A stretch of 64,000 nt of DNA from Pelagomonas calceolata (Eukaryota): the NCBI GenBank assembly GCA_918797485.1, contig CAKKNE010000006.1, forward strand, positions 1,798,001 to 1,862,000, given 5' to 3'. How positions within the stretch are numbered: the first letter of the stretch is position 1; every line of letters begins with the position of its first letter. The translations under genes and the position numbers were made by a program. The notes beneath the pieces were generated by a model that saw only the letters and a list, made by a program, of their open reading frames with translations, searched no databases and was not told the DNA's origin. Positions 47,213 to 59,128 of the stretch are shown here, one piece after another.

Positions 47213-50203
47213 ATGGCTGTCCTGCTTGAGGTGACCCATCCAGTGCTCCGATTTACATCCGACTTCCTTGAGCGCACCCCAAACAGAGCTGTTCGTGTAT
47301 ACGCGCGTGCATTCCTGGCGAGTGGCCTGGAGACGCTCGAGCCCTGGGAAAGCGGCACACCCTACATCAAAGAAGATACTCCGAACATAAGCGAGGCCAC
47401 TATAGAGGTAGTAAAAGAGTCGGATGGCGCAGAAGGTGTCGCCACAGCGAAGATCAATTCACTAAAATATCGAAGCTTTGGGGCTGAAATCAAAAATATT
47501 GACGAGGCATCAGTTTCCGAACTGCTCTGTAAAACTGCTGTCGTGGAGCTATGGCTTGCCACCGGAGGGATTGCCGACGATAAAGTGGATTTGCACATTG
47601 GTTGTGCGAGGCTACCACTAGGAGCAGCACTTGCGACAAACCAGCTGCATGCAGATATAACTGTGGCTCTTAGCTCCACGTGCGTCAGCCAAACTGTTGA
47701 CCCCTCAGCTTCGATCCTCCACGATGCTGGACGATCGTCAAAGGTGAATCTATGTCTATCTGCGTCAAACAAGTTGTTTTCGTTCATGGTGGGCGGAAGA
47801 GTGCTGACATTTGGCAATGGACATATCGAGAATATGCCTGTTGAGTGGATGACTACCACAATTTCACAACCAAACGAAGTTAAGCTCGCCATTAGGCTAC
47901 AACAGCGAACGGAACATACAGGTGCAGGTGGTGTTGCGAATGGCCTTTCCGCTGTCGTGGGACCACATGCGACAATTTCAGGTGGCGTGCCCAAACAACT
48001 AGATCGTCCAATTGCAGAGCATCGGAACAAAGATACTGCGACACCAAGCAACATCTGCCGTCTCGAATGGGCTGCTGACCTAGATTTACCGGTGGCGCTC
48101 TTTGTGACTGCCAAGACCCTGCTCGATGTTGCGTTCAACCCAAATAAATGGGTGTTTGTCCTTGAGCTGCAGCAACATGACACAACTGAAGCGAGAGTTA
48201 CGGCAGTTTCATCCGTAGATGCACTGATGGGTTCATCAATGGTCAAAGCGTCGTTTTTTGCCACCGAGGCTGGTGCTGGACAAAAAGTGTTTGCTGCGGT
48301 ACAATCTCCCCAAGAAAAATCTACTACCTCCGCCCGTGAGTGTACCATTGCAACAGCAACAGCTGCAATTGAATGTAGTATCACTGGCTCTACAATAATT
48401 TCCAGTTCTACTTCGGACACCTGGAAAGGCACCAATCCTGCTGAAGAACTAATACACGATTCTAGACTCTCCGATTGCGTTGCGCCAAGACGCGTGTCGT
48501 GGAAGAGGAGACGTGTTGACGCATACGTTGAGCTTCACCAAGAGGTTAACAAAATTTTTTCAAGCATCTTGATCAAGCATGATTCTCTCCAAAATCAGAA
48601 CTGTGCCGCAACATCTAGTACAGGGACATTGCACCGCCAAATGAAAGCAGGCCTCGGTCAGAGCACTGCTTTTCACAGCTTCCGCCTTGGTCTTACCCCC
48701 TGTCTTCAGCGTGTAGTTCGCAAATGGCACCCAATACAGCCTACAAATATCGCAACTGAAGAAGCTGCTGTTAGCGAGTGCTATACGCACATTATGGACC
48801 TTGTTACATTGTTCCAAGAAGGTGCAGAGCCAGGACGATCTTCCAGAAAATGTAGCCTCGCACGAGCTTATGATGCTGCGACCAATAGTCTATGGGGCGT
48901 AGCTGCTACCGAACACAAGACCCGACTTAGCCGGGCGATGGTAGAATCATCGAACCAGACCGCCATTGCCAATGGATGGTTTGATCTTGCTAAATCAGTG
49001 CTTCTGTCCTGCAATATAAACTCAAATAATATTCCAAGGACCACATACACGCAGCTTAACGTGGCGAAACAAGCACTCAGCGAGTGCCTGGCGTGCGGTA
49101 GTACAGATTCAAGAGATGCAGCCGTGCGCCTGCAAGGTGCTGTGCTACTCGAAGAAGGAAGTCTCGATGATTCCGAAGCAATATTTTCGGCGCGCGCGCT
49201 ATCAGGCACTAATAACGCAATCGATGCAGCATTTCTCTGTGTCATTGCCGACATGCGCGAAGATGGCCTTAAGGCCAAGCGTGCTGCAACTTGTGCAGCA
49301 GGCGCCAAAGTATCGCCCGATCCCGGTGTGCTTCGTGCGATATGTGCCCTAGATGATGCATCTAACTACCTAATGACTTTCGGCCTGGCCAAATCCGCAG
49401 CTTCAGCTCTCGCGATTGCTGATCGTGCTCTTGCGTTGGCGTATAAACACAACTCTATGCTCACTTCGTGGGTAGGGTCACCGCAGATTGCAGCCCATCG
49501 ACGTGTTCTCCACGCACGCCTCAGCGTCGACACCAGGACTGCTGTGCAGCTAGCGCATTCTGCAGTTAGGGCTTGCAAAACCATTTTTACGTTGACAGCA
49601 CTTGGCGACTTGCTCTGTATGGCAAATGACGTAGCCGGGGCAGTTGAACCATACGCTGATGCATTAGTGAGGCATGCGGAGCGCTTTCCGCACGCAAAGA
49701 CGCCATTGGACTTATGCGTCAAACATGCACGCTGTCTCCTTCGGACTAATCAAAATTGTGCTGCGCGGGATACATACGTCACTGTGGCAGAGGAGCTACA
49801 GGATTCGTCGCTTTGGCTCGGCGCAGGCACTGTGGCACTCCGCCTGGGTGCATTAACCTCAACTGACCGCCATCTACGTCGCGCAACAGTCCGTTCACCG
49901 CACAGTGCGCAGCCTTATGGCCTGCTTATGCTGAGCCATCTCACACATGATGGGAATGCTACCTGTTGTGCAGGAAGTCTTCTTGATGTTTCAGTAAACT
50001 TTGGTCTTAACGACCGTGGTCTCCTCCGGGAGCTCGGAAATGCCTACTTTCAGCTCGGACATTACACTATTGCCGAAACCTTGCTTCGTCGCGCAGTAGC
50101 CGCCGAGTTCAACAGGGGTGCTCATTCACACGCCCTCAAGCGCCTTACTGACGTCCGAGCAGCCCGGGTCGTGGCACGAGAGGCTCGCTACGCTCCAGTC
50201 TGA
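47213..50203 (+). CDS. TPR-containing protein, CFAP70/TTC18-like (divergent), intronless
   Basis: 996-aa ORF; AFHSFRLGL...RVVRK and C-terminal ARDTY...SLWLGAGTVALRLG resemble the CFAP70 layout as I recall it. Confidence 0.6.
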   Translation: MAVLLEVTHPVLRFTSDFLERTPNRAVRVYARAFLASGLETLEPWESGTPYIKEDTPNISEATIEVVKESDGAEGVATAKINSLKYRSFGAEIKNIDEASVSELLCKTAVVELWLATGGIADDKVDLHIGCARLPLGAALATNQLHADITVALSSTCVSQTVDPSASILHDAGRSSKVNLCLSASNKLFSFMVGGRVLTFGNGHIENMPVEWMTTTISQPNEVKLAIRLQQRTEHTGAGGVANGLSAVVGPHATISGGVPKQLDRPIAEHRNKDTATPSNICRLEWAADLDLPVALFVTAKTLLDVAFNPNKWVFVLELQQHDTTEARVTAVSSVDALMGSSMVKASFFATEAGAGQKVFAAVQSPQEKSTTSARECTIATATAAIECSITGSTIISSSTSDTWKGTNPAEELIHDSRLSDCVAPRRVSWKRRRVDAYVELHQEVNKIFSSILIKHDSLQNQNCAATSSTGTLHRQMKAGLGQSTAFHSFRLGLTPCLQRVVRKWHPIQPTNIATEEAAVSECYTHIMDLVTLFQEGAEPGRSSRKCSLARAYDAATNSLWGVAATEHKTRLSRAMVESSNQTAIANGWFDLAKSVLLSCNINSNNIPRTTYTQLNVAKQALSECLACGSTDSRDAAVRLQGAVLLEEGSLDDSEAIFSARALSGTNNAIDAAFLCVIADMREDGLKAKRAATCAAGAKVSPDPGVLRAICALDDASNYLMTFGLAKSAASALAIADRALALAYKHNSMLTSWVGSPQIAAHRRVLHARLSVDTRTAVQLAHSAVRACKTIFTLTALGDLLCMANDVAGAVEPYADALVRHAERFPHAKTPLDLCVKHARCLLRTNQNCAARDTYVTVAEELQDSSLWLGAGTVALRLGALTSTDRHLRRATVRSPHSAQPYGLLMLSHLTHDGNATCCAGSLLDVSVNFGLNDRGLLRELGNAYFQLGHYTIAETLLRRAVAAEFNRGAHSHALKRLTDVRAARVVAREARYAPV

Positions 50204-51179
50204 GTCCAGATAGCGAGCACAGTCGGTTCGACATTAATGATCTGCCTTGTCAAAACGACGGCTGAGGCGAGACGGGACAAGAAGGCCAGGGTCTCAATTT
50301 GAAGAAAAATCACCGTGGCCCGGGTCTCCACGCTAGCTGAGAACGTATATAGGGTCACTGGCATAAGTACTATCCGGGCAATTACTGTGAAAAACAAATC
50401 CGAGTCGCTTCTATCCGCCCCGGACTTGTCCCCGAAGTCCCGGCCTACTGGCGCGGGCCACGAAAATCATCAGAAGCAGACTGTTCGCCTCCTACCCAAT
50501 AATTCTTTAACTACTTTTCTCTATACTAGGCTGCAGTCGCGCCCGTTGGTTACTGAGCGCAAAAAGGGCCAGTGCGTGTACCAAACGCGCGCCGCGCGCA
50601 CTAAAACCGCGTCTAATCATCGCCCACACACCTAACATTGCTGCCCCGCGCCAAAAAACCGCGCGCGCAGCCGCGCCGCGCGCGTACACACACGACCTTC
50701 GCCACGATGGCATTGCCGCTGTCCTAAATAGCGCACGCGCGGCCGTAGAACCACGCGCGTCGCTGCGTACAGCACCGCCGCGGCCTGTTGCGAGACCCCG
50801 TCGCGACGCGCCCCCAAAAAATCGCGCAGCCGCGCAGCTCGCGCCGCGCCGACAAAAAAAACTTGAAGCGCGCCCGCGCGCACAGATGATTACGCGCAGG
50901 TTGTAGCAGCCGCAGCAGAAACTTCGTCCCGCACAGCAGAGCGCTTCGTCCACAGTGGCGCGATCCAAGCCGCCCCTCCCTAATCGTTGGTCGGTGGGCG
51001 GTCGGCGCCAGAATTTCCGTTCGCGCGTCGCCGACGGTCGGTCCCGCCCAGGCTCGGGTCTCAGGTCACGGTGGATGTAATGCACTTAAAAGAATCACGG
51101 TGGTATCGCCACCATGCGTGACGCGGCGTGAAAATACAACACGAGCTCGCAAACGTCACCGGTGGATTCGCCGCAGGTG

Positions 51180-51598
51180 TTGACGGCGGCCCGAGTCGAC
51201 CCTACTATACTCCCTACCCCATATCCTACTACCCCCACTACCTCATACTACTCCCCACCTACTTTATGGCCGGCCTTCAGAATAATCGTGGACGAAAGCG
51301 CCGCGCCGTGGCCGTCGGTTTCAAATTGTTGACGGCGGCCCCTACTGCCCCCATATCCTACTACCCCCACTACCTCACTACTACTCCCCACCTACTTCAT
51401 GGCCGGCCTTCAGAATAATCGTGGACGAAAGCGCCGCGCTGGACGAAAGCGCCGCGCCGTGGCCGTCGGTTTCAAATTGTTGACGGCGGCCCCTACTATA
51501 CTTCCTACCCCATATCCTACTACCCCCACTACCTCATACTACTCCCCACCTACTTTATGGCCGGCCTTCAGAATAATCGTGGACGAAAGCGCCGCGCC
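51180..51598. repeat. Tandem minisatellite, about 3 units of ~120-150 bp
   Basis: ccccatatcctactacccccactacctca...atggccggccttcagaataatcgtggacgaaagcgccgcgc x3. Confidence 0.92.
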
Positions 51599-51923
51599 CG
51601 GGCGAGACCTCAAATGACCAAATTCGGCCGGTGACGTCGGCAGCCTCTCCCTCCCTGGCTGAAGCACGCAAGAAGAGAACCCTCGGATGCGTATGCGGGT
51701 GCCGGGGAGATGCAAGATGTTGGGCTATTTGGTGCGGGTTTTCTATGATTACTCTAGCCCTACACGGGCCAGCCTTGGACTGGGGACATATGCGCTGCGT
51801 CCTCAGAGAGATATAGCCCACGGGGAACGGGCGTCTTGTAAGCCACTAGGTCCCACAGCTGGCGCAATGCGGCCGTGCTTCTCAGATTAGGTGCCGTCAT
51901 TGTCCTCATCTGAGAGCAGAACT

Positions 51924-54462
51924 ATGAACTGGCACGTCCTTGGTGATGTGAGTTATCAGAAACGGAATCTGCACACGGTAGTCGACCTCCACTAGCAATG
52001 CAAGTTACTTTTTTTTTCAGATGGCCTGGAATATTGAACTCTCGAACAAGGTGGTGACTGGCGCACCTGCTGGGGGGGCATTGGCCTTGCTGCATCGCCA
52101 CCAGGTATGACACTTTTTTATTTTAAACTCAAATTGATTTCAGATGGGTCGCAAGTGCCTTGCTGAGAACAAGTTACTACTCTACACGAATGCAGGCGAG
52201 CCTTTGGCGACAATTACTTGGAACGAAAGTTGTCTGGTGGGCATGGGCTGGGTGGAAGAAGAACTGTTGCTTCTTTGTTTTGAAGATGGCGTGGTATTCA
52301 TCTATGATGTGTTGGGCAACTTTGTGCGATCATTTCTGTTGCTCACATCAAAGCTTCCTTTAGAGGAGACCATTATTCAAGTCTACATCTGGGGGTCTGG
52401 TCTTGTCGCCTTGACAAGTGCCATGAATCTTCAAGTATGTGATACTGTTCATGCTTTCTCGCCAGCTGTTTATACTATGCCAACGGGGCTGTCTGAGGAG
52501 CGATTAGCTATTACCATGGTCGTTTTACAACCATGTTTTTCTTCCTCTGGTCTTGTTGAAGTTTTTCTTGGTACAGCTGATAGCTCGATTCTAGCTGTCG
52601 ACGTGAACGGCCCCCATGATCAGCTCATTCACGGTCGTCTCCCTGCTCCTGTGACTTCAATGGCAATAGCTCCAAATGGTCGTTTTCTAGCGTGTTTTAC
52701 TCTGGGATTATTAACAGTTGTATCTACATCTTTTACGACAAAAGTGCTGGAGTTTGACACTTTAGCGGATTCAAGACTCCTTGACATGCAGTGGTGTGGG
52801 GAAGATTCCGTCCTGCTCAGTTGGGAAGATTGTTTATTGATGGTTGGACCATATGGACATTGGCTTAAATTCAAATACAGGGCCCCCTTGTTTCTGATAC
52901 CCGAAATAGACTGTTGCCGCATTATCACTGATCGAAGTTGTGAGTTACTTCAAAGGGTGCCTGGGCCGATTGCGCTGATTCGCCAATTGAGTGCAGATAA
53001 TCCCTCAGCCATGCTGTATAACACTCTGGAAATGTGCAAAGTTGTAGATGTAAAGGTGGATCATGTGCGCTCAAAGGACCCACCAGGCCAAGCATGTTTA
53101 TCAGCCGAAATCTTGCATGCGATTCAAGCAAACATTGCAGCTGCAGCTGTTGAACTCACAACAGTCCAGCAGAAGTGCTACCTCCGCGCCGCTGCCTGTG
53201 GCAAGGCATTTATAAAAGTATCCTCGGCTTACACAGAAAATTTTGTTGCTGCGGCTCGCAAGCTTAGGGTGCTCAACCATTTGCGTCGACGTATTCCTGC
53301 TTTGTGCTTAACCACGACCCAGTATGATCGACTAGCAACGAGCTCCTTGATGGACCGTCTTCTGGCTAGAAATTATCACTCCTTAGCACTACGCGTCAGT
53401 GAATACCTTGGAGTCCAAAGAGACAGGGTAATCATTCACTGGGCATGCGTAAAATTACGAAGTTCTGTAGCACACAAAAGCCTGGACGGACAGATGAGAC
53501 CATCAATGAATAACGCTTGTTTGAAGATTCCTTGCTATATATCGCAAATCCCCATCGTAACAACTGCCGATGTCCTTGGGTGTCGTCAATTCGCAATGGC
53601 TTTGTTGCAGTCTGAGTGTTCTATGATAGACCAAGTCAAATTATTACTTGCTATGCACGAGCATGAATTAGCATTGAAAAAAGCTGCTCAGGGCAAGGAG
53701 GTTGACGCTATCTATCTTGCTCTTATATGTACTGAGCGCATGTGTCCCTGGATGACGAGGAACACGAGTCCATCGTCAAACTGCAGTTCACTTTTTGATA
53801 CAATTGCTCGTCACGAAGACCTATCCAACCTGCTGCGTGTGTATTATCAGTCACGCATTCCAACAGCAAGCAGCAGAAACTTACACAACTTTCTAGTTCA
53901 CCACAACGCTGGTCGTCCTTGCTTCAAACAAGCTGGAAACTTGGCACTAAGAATCAGCTATCTGCAAACACGGCGCGCAGATAGATTTAAAAAGCTGCGT
54001 GAAGTAATTTCATTGTATGCGCAGGGGCGCGAATCGCAATTTCAGCGTAGGGCAACTGAGGATCAAGTAGCTTTGCTTGAGTTTCAATCTGATCTAGAAA
54101 AGAAGTATGGAACTGGGTGTTTTTTCGACATGTCCCTTAGTGAGACAGTATACAACTTGATTGTGCTTTGCTCAACTCAACAAAAGCGTGCAGTTGATTT
54201 GCTTTCAGACACTAATAGATTACGAAGGAGGTTTAAAATACCAGATCGCCGTTTTTCATACTTGAAGTTAACAGCGCTTGCTGCTTCTGGACAATGGCAC
54301 GCACTTCGTGTTTTTTCCGCTGAAAAATCTGCCATTGGCTACGCGCCATTTGTGCGGGTCTGCATTGAGTATGGACAGCCGGCCTCTGAGATAGAGTACT
54401 ACATGAACCGAATAACTATAGATAACGAACGCCATTCTCTTCGTGCCGAGCTTAAGTCTTAA
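51924..54462 (+). CDS. VPS16: Vacuolar protein sorting 16 (HOPS/CORVET); introns 51978-52020, 52105-52143
   Basis: Spliced N-terminus MNWHVLGDVSYQKRNLHT-MAWNIEL..GAPAGGALALL; MQWCGEDSV, LRVLNHLR, IHWACVK, FKIPDRRF, SAIGYAPFV. Confidence 0.92.
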
Positions 54463-55409
54463 TTGAGCATCAGCACAACGATTGAAGTATCATCTGGTGG
54501 ATCCGGTGATGGTATTTCTTTTTTTTTGAGGCCTAAACCGGCTTGAACAGCGGATACCTCGCACTGTGTCATTGGATTGATGGAATTCTGGTGACAGCCC
54601 CAAGATTACCCATCTGCCAGAACGGAATGCTGAGTTCGAGTCCGGATCTCTACCCAGGTTGCTCAACGCAATTAAAATAATAAGAGGAGAAGATGCATCA
54701 GAATCCCGCACTTCTAGTTCAGGTTATCTACTACCTATGATGACCAGTCTGTGGAGATTCAATTTGCCTCGAGAGCCTCTGACTCAGTGAGGCCAGAATG
54801 CAAGCCCTGGACCTCTTTCAAGGCTGAGCAGTTGACTAAGGCCACCTGATGGTTTGCCTGAGTGCAGCGAACGGTTACAGACGGCAGTGCACATGGCCAT
54901 CTCACTGACAGATGCCAGTGGTCCCATGCTTAGCGTCCGAGTCACGGCCGGCGATCACGGCCGGCGATCACACGGGGAAGTCACTAAAAAATCAATCAGA
55001 CCAAAACTTGAAAGTCGACCATTGGCACCCTACCTCCGTCCCATCCTGACGGATCATAAATGGGGTAACAAAATTCGATTTTTGAAATCTCGGGCCGACC
55101 GTGACTCCGAGTCCGAGTCCTGAGTCGGAGCCTGAGACTCGGAATTGTACCCCCAGGCCTGAACTAGAAGTGAATACCTTTCATTCTATCTCCTCATTCC
55201 CTAAGATTTGAGCCTACACAGTTTTTCTATTGACTTTGCCTCTAGTCCGACTTCTTATCCCGACAGGCGCCTCATAAGTACGTAGGTATGCTAGGTATGC
55301 CTCATCCCTACGGTATCTAGCCACTCCGCTGCACGCGTGCTTATGCTGGGGATTGGGGACTAGAGCCCCGTGAGAGTCGCCCGCAGCCTCGCCACGGAAC
55401 CCGCTACTT

Positions 55410-58256
55410 ATGGCGCCGCGAGATAATGATATGCGCCAAAGACTGATCCATTCCCTGCGCGTCCGATCTCAGTCGCTCGAATCGTTGTTACTAAGCTTGC
55501 AAAGGAGTAGAGCTGACCTTCAATGCCCGACGGCAATGCAAGAGTGTGCTTATTGTCGCGGTTCACACGCGGTTGGAAGTTATACTCGCTGCGATCTGGA
55601 TACATCGAGCGATAGCCCCGATCGTTCCCGATGCTGGATAGAGTTGCAGCCTTGTCATCGTTTGAAAGAATTTGGAAGCTCACATATTCGTTCTTCAGCG
55701 TCACAAATTGATCCATCTAACCCATCACTCAATGCTAGTATGTGGAGAAATGCTGAGATCCCAGACGCAAATACTCGCACTATTGCCCTTGATTATATTC
55801 ACGAGGAAATCAAGAGTGTGCACAGCATTGGTCTCTGTGAATTAAGAATGCGCAACTTAGCCACGAAAGTCCTGACTATCATCAGGAGCTGGTTGGCGCG
55901 GAAACGATTTCAAAAGCTTATAGATATGAACGTGGCCATTAAACAATTACAGTGCAGGGAAATATTAAAGGCCGTATCTCAGCCTTGTGTCCGCTTTTGT
56001 GAGCTGGACCGAAGTATCACTAGAATCAGACGCCGATATTCACGGAAGTTTCTGTATACGTGCTGGCTTGCGCTTGGAACGGAGTTACATGAATCATCCT
56101 ATTCCGGTGACAGGGGGCACCGATATAACAAGACCAAGGTCCCACCTAATCAAGTAATCTGCTCAAAGATTCTTGCTAAAAAGAAAAGTCTATTCAAAAA
56201 GTGGCGCTCGTTGGTGTTCTCACAAACCAACTTATGTGGCTATCCGGAATTGGCCGACACTAAATATCTGGCCTATCAGACTTCTGTTGAGCCTCGATGT
56301 AGTATCGACTCGGTAGCTGATCGTGTTGCTCAGATGGCGAGCTTGGTATGCAGAGCCATGCATTTTACTGAAATATCTTTAGCTGAGGTCGCTCGTAATC
56401 TAGCCATTGCCAGGCGCTGTTTGAGTGTTGATACTGGTTTCTTGAAGAACTCTTTTGTGTCGTGGGCTGGATGGGTCAAAAGTTTGTCTGAAGGCCGTTT
56501 GATACTAAGGGTTCCTTTAACAGCACCGGCTCAGGGAACAAAAGCGTCATTGGAAACACGCTTCAGGGCCCCTCATGACTTCCAAACAGCGGCTAGGATA
56601 TCACGCTCCTTTCAGTTACTTAGATATACCGATGCCTGGCGCTCACGCGCCGCCCTTTTGGGTAGTATCACTAAAAAACAACGGATGTTACTTACAGATC
56701 ATCTTCGTCTTCAATTGTCAGCTTGGAATATTTATGCAGCTCAGCTCAAAGCAGCACGTCAGGTGGCTCTTGATCGATGGTGCGCACACGTTGCAAGAGA
56801 AACTTCCGGTCCTCTGCGAGCATGGTACCTCTGGGCAAATATGCGAAGAACACGCCACCAAGATTCTAACCGCCTAGTTGCCATGTTTGCTCGTCTAAAA
56901 TGCCGACACAGTGCAGCGACAGCATTGCGCGCCTGGAGACATGCCGCTCAGTTTAATCATTTTGAGGCCCGATACACACGCAGGGAACTTATTGCGGCGC
57001 TTTCTGAACAGAAAGGTCATATCCGACGATTAGAAAAATGTGTAGATGACCATTATATTGTTCGTGGAGAACTCGAACATGTGGTAAAAGATGCACATGA
57101 GCGTGCAGCAAGGCTTGCGCGACTGTTGCCTGACCGCGATGCTAAGTGTAAACAGCTTGAAGAGAATCTTCAAACTGTGGAAGTGCGTGTCGCCTCGGCT
57201 CAGCGTTATGTCTCCGCTGTGGAGGTTGTCCGCTCTGCACTCACTCAAAGCATATTACAGATGCAACCAGGAGTTGGATTTATAGACAGAGACCTGGCTA
57301 CGTTTGCACACGACCATGGTATTAGACTTGAAGTGGAGATGATCCATCCCAACATGGGGTTTTGTCAGAACGTCCTAAGCCCTCCCCCAACTGTATGTTG
57401 TAAATGTACTAACGCAAACGCATCGACTGGTACCCTTCATCTTGCGCCAGAGAACGCTGGTAATTCAACGGCACCATTGGAACCTCAAGATGATAAAGTT
57501 CCACATGGAATGGTGTTAATTTGCCCTCCGAATAGGTCGGGAGGAATTTTGCTGTGCCGACATGAGGGAGACGACTTGCATTCATCGACTGAAAGAAGTG
57601 TCATGTCGTCCGACAGCACCGATGTCATCAAAGTAGAACTTGCAGCGCGCGTAGGTTGGCTCGTAAATTTGACACGTCAATCCTCTCCTTTGGTTGATTT
57701 CCGTCGATTGTCCCATATAGGTGGCGCGCCCTTAACTACCAGTCACGAGGCTAGTCAAGAAATCAGTCATGACACTACAGGACTGTTTAATGTGCCCAGA
57801 AAACTGATGCATGAAGCCGCACTCCTCCTTATACATACCTTCCGAGAGATGCAAGGAATCTTTGAGTTTTTGCGTGAAGGAAATACTTCAGCACTCTCTT
57901 CTCGTTTGCTGGCCTCATGGGGCAAGTTCTGTGCTCTCACAATGCGAAAGCCCGTGAGAGAGAGGAGAAAAATAACAACTAGTGCATATACTTGGGCAGA
58001 CTTGACGTGGCAGCTAAATGGACAAAGGCAGCACGGAGAACAGAATACGTCCCCAACTTTCGAAGTTCAGACCGGTACATCGCATTATCATTTGAAAGTA
58101 TTGCATGTTCCCCTCTACAGCGGTCGTATGCGATGGACTCGTTGCAACGACATCACCAAACGGACGCCCCCCCAAGCTCGCCCATTGCCAGTGGATTTTT
58201 TTTTGGGGGCTGGGGCCCGGGGGGAAATCCGGGGGGCAGGGGAGAGGGATATTTAA
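55410..58256 (+). CDS. Uncharacterised protein with IQ-like motif, Trp-spaced (Sfi1-like) repeats and coiled coil; 3' end probably spliced
   Basis: 948-aa ORF; IIRSWLARKRF; FKKWR, FVSW, DAWR, LSAWN, LRAWY, LRAWR. Confidence 0.65.
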   Translation: MAPRDNDMRQRLIHSLRVRSQSLESLLLSLQRSRADLQCPTAMQECAYCRGSHAVGSYTRCDLDTSSDSPDRSRCWIELQPCHRLKEFGSSHIRSSASQIDPSNPSLNASMWRNAEIPDANTRTIALDYIHEEIKSVHSIGLCELRMRNLATKVLTIIRSWLARKRFQKLIDMNVAIKQLQCREILKAVSQPCVRFCELDRSITRIRRRYSRKFLYTCWLALGTELHESSYSGDRGHRYNKTKVPPNQVICSKILAKKKSLFKKWRSLVFSQTNLCGYPELADTKYLAYQTSVEPRCSIDSVADRVAQMASLVCRAMHFTEISLAEVARNLAIARRCLSVDTGFLKNSFVSWAGWVKSLSEGRLILRVPLTAPAQGTKASLETRFRAPHDFQTAARISRSFQLLRYTDAWRSRAALLGSITKKQRMLLTDHLRLQLSAWNIYAAQLKAARQVALDRWCAHVARETSGPLRAWYLWANMRRTRHQDSNRLVAMFARLKCRHSAATALRAWRHAAQFNHFEARYTRRELIAALSEQKGHIRRLEKCVDDHYIVRGELEHVVKDAHERAARLARLLPDRDAKCKQLEENLQTVEVRVASAQRYVSAVEVVRSALTQSILQMQPGVGFIDRDLATFAHDHGIRLEVEMIHPNMGFCQNVLSPPPTVCCKCTNANASTGTLHLAPENAGNSTAPLEPQDDKVPHGMVLICPPNRSGGILLCRHEGDDLHSSTERSVMSSDSTDVIKVELAARVGWLVNLTRQSSPLVDFRRLSHIGGAPLTTSHEASQEISHDTTGLFNVPRKLMHEAALLLIHTFREMQGIFEFLREGNTSALSSRLLASWGKFCALTMRKPVRERRKITTSAYTWADLTWQLNGQRQHGEQNTSPTFEVQTGTSHYHLKVLHVPLYSGRMRWTRCNDITKRTPPQARPLPVDFFLGAGARGEIRGAGERDI

Positions 58257-58572
58257 AAACAAAGTATATTGGTATATATTTCCGACTCTTGGACCGAGTC
58301 CGGGGCGCAGGCCTCACGGGTCCCGCAGTAGGCGACGGTATGATCACGGTCTCAATTTAAAAAAACGGAGCCGGACAACGGATGTTCCCTAGGAGCCCTA
58401 TATAGATATGAAGCGATAGGAAATAATTAGTGGGGAATTAGAGGCCGACCATCAATGATTTGGAGCGATTGGGTTTCGGGCGGGATTTAACCACGCCCGA
58501 CAGCATCTCCGACTGCACCAAACTACAGCCCATTATTTTATCATACCGGGGGGGGGGGGGGGGGTCTCACGG

Positions 58573-58750
58573 TAGCAACCGCGCGGGGGCAGCTTCTGCG
58601 CACGCCCGGCGAGATTTTATGCGTACGAAGGTGGGGCCGGGTATTCGCTTGCCGCTTAGGCTTGATCTTGCCTTGAAGTTGGCGCTAGGTCCGTCCGAGT
58701 CTTTTTTTATGCTGAAAACAGAGTATTCCGCATTTTCTGGGGCTCGAGCA
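58573..58750. repeat. Dispersed repeat, homologous to 9070-9216
   Basis: See partner. Confidence 0.85.
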
Positions 58751-58967
58751 GGATTATCTCGTTTATTCGGCCTTTTCTCTTAGGCATGTTAGGCAAGGGG
58801 CGGGGCCGAAGTGACGTCAACAAAAGGCACAGGCTAAGCGCCTGACCCCCCCGGCCCTGAGGGCCTATGAATTTTCGAGTTTAACCTGACCGTGACTCGG
58901 AGGTCACTAGCACGCCGCCGCTGGTCGAATGTCCGGCTAGGGGGACTCAGATGACTCCAGTACTATG

Positions 58968-59034
58968 GCACGGTCACGGTAGGTAGAGTACCTACGGTGC
59001 CGTAGGTACCGTAGGTACAATGCCTACCGGTACT
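58968..59034. promoter_or_regulatory. GTAC/CTACG motif cluster upstream of DNAAF5
   Basis: gtacctacggtgccgtaggtaccgtaggtac. Confidence 0.55.
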
Positions 59035-59128
59035 TACAATTTACAAAATTTAATCATATGCTGCGTGTGCTGCGGCCGTTATCGAGGCCGTTCAAATTTG
59101 AGCAGGCGTGGTTGTAATTGGTCTCGCC

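Noticed and set aside
47362..48435. 357-aa antisense ORF (also 18678-19187, 24546-25055, 41034-41582)
   Set aside because: Shadow ORFs opposite real genes, with no domain features.
51180..51598. CRISPR array
   Set aside because: The whole unit repeats with no unique spacers.
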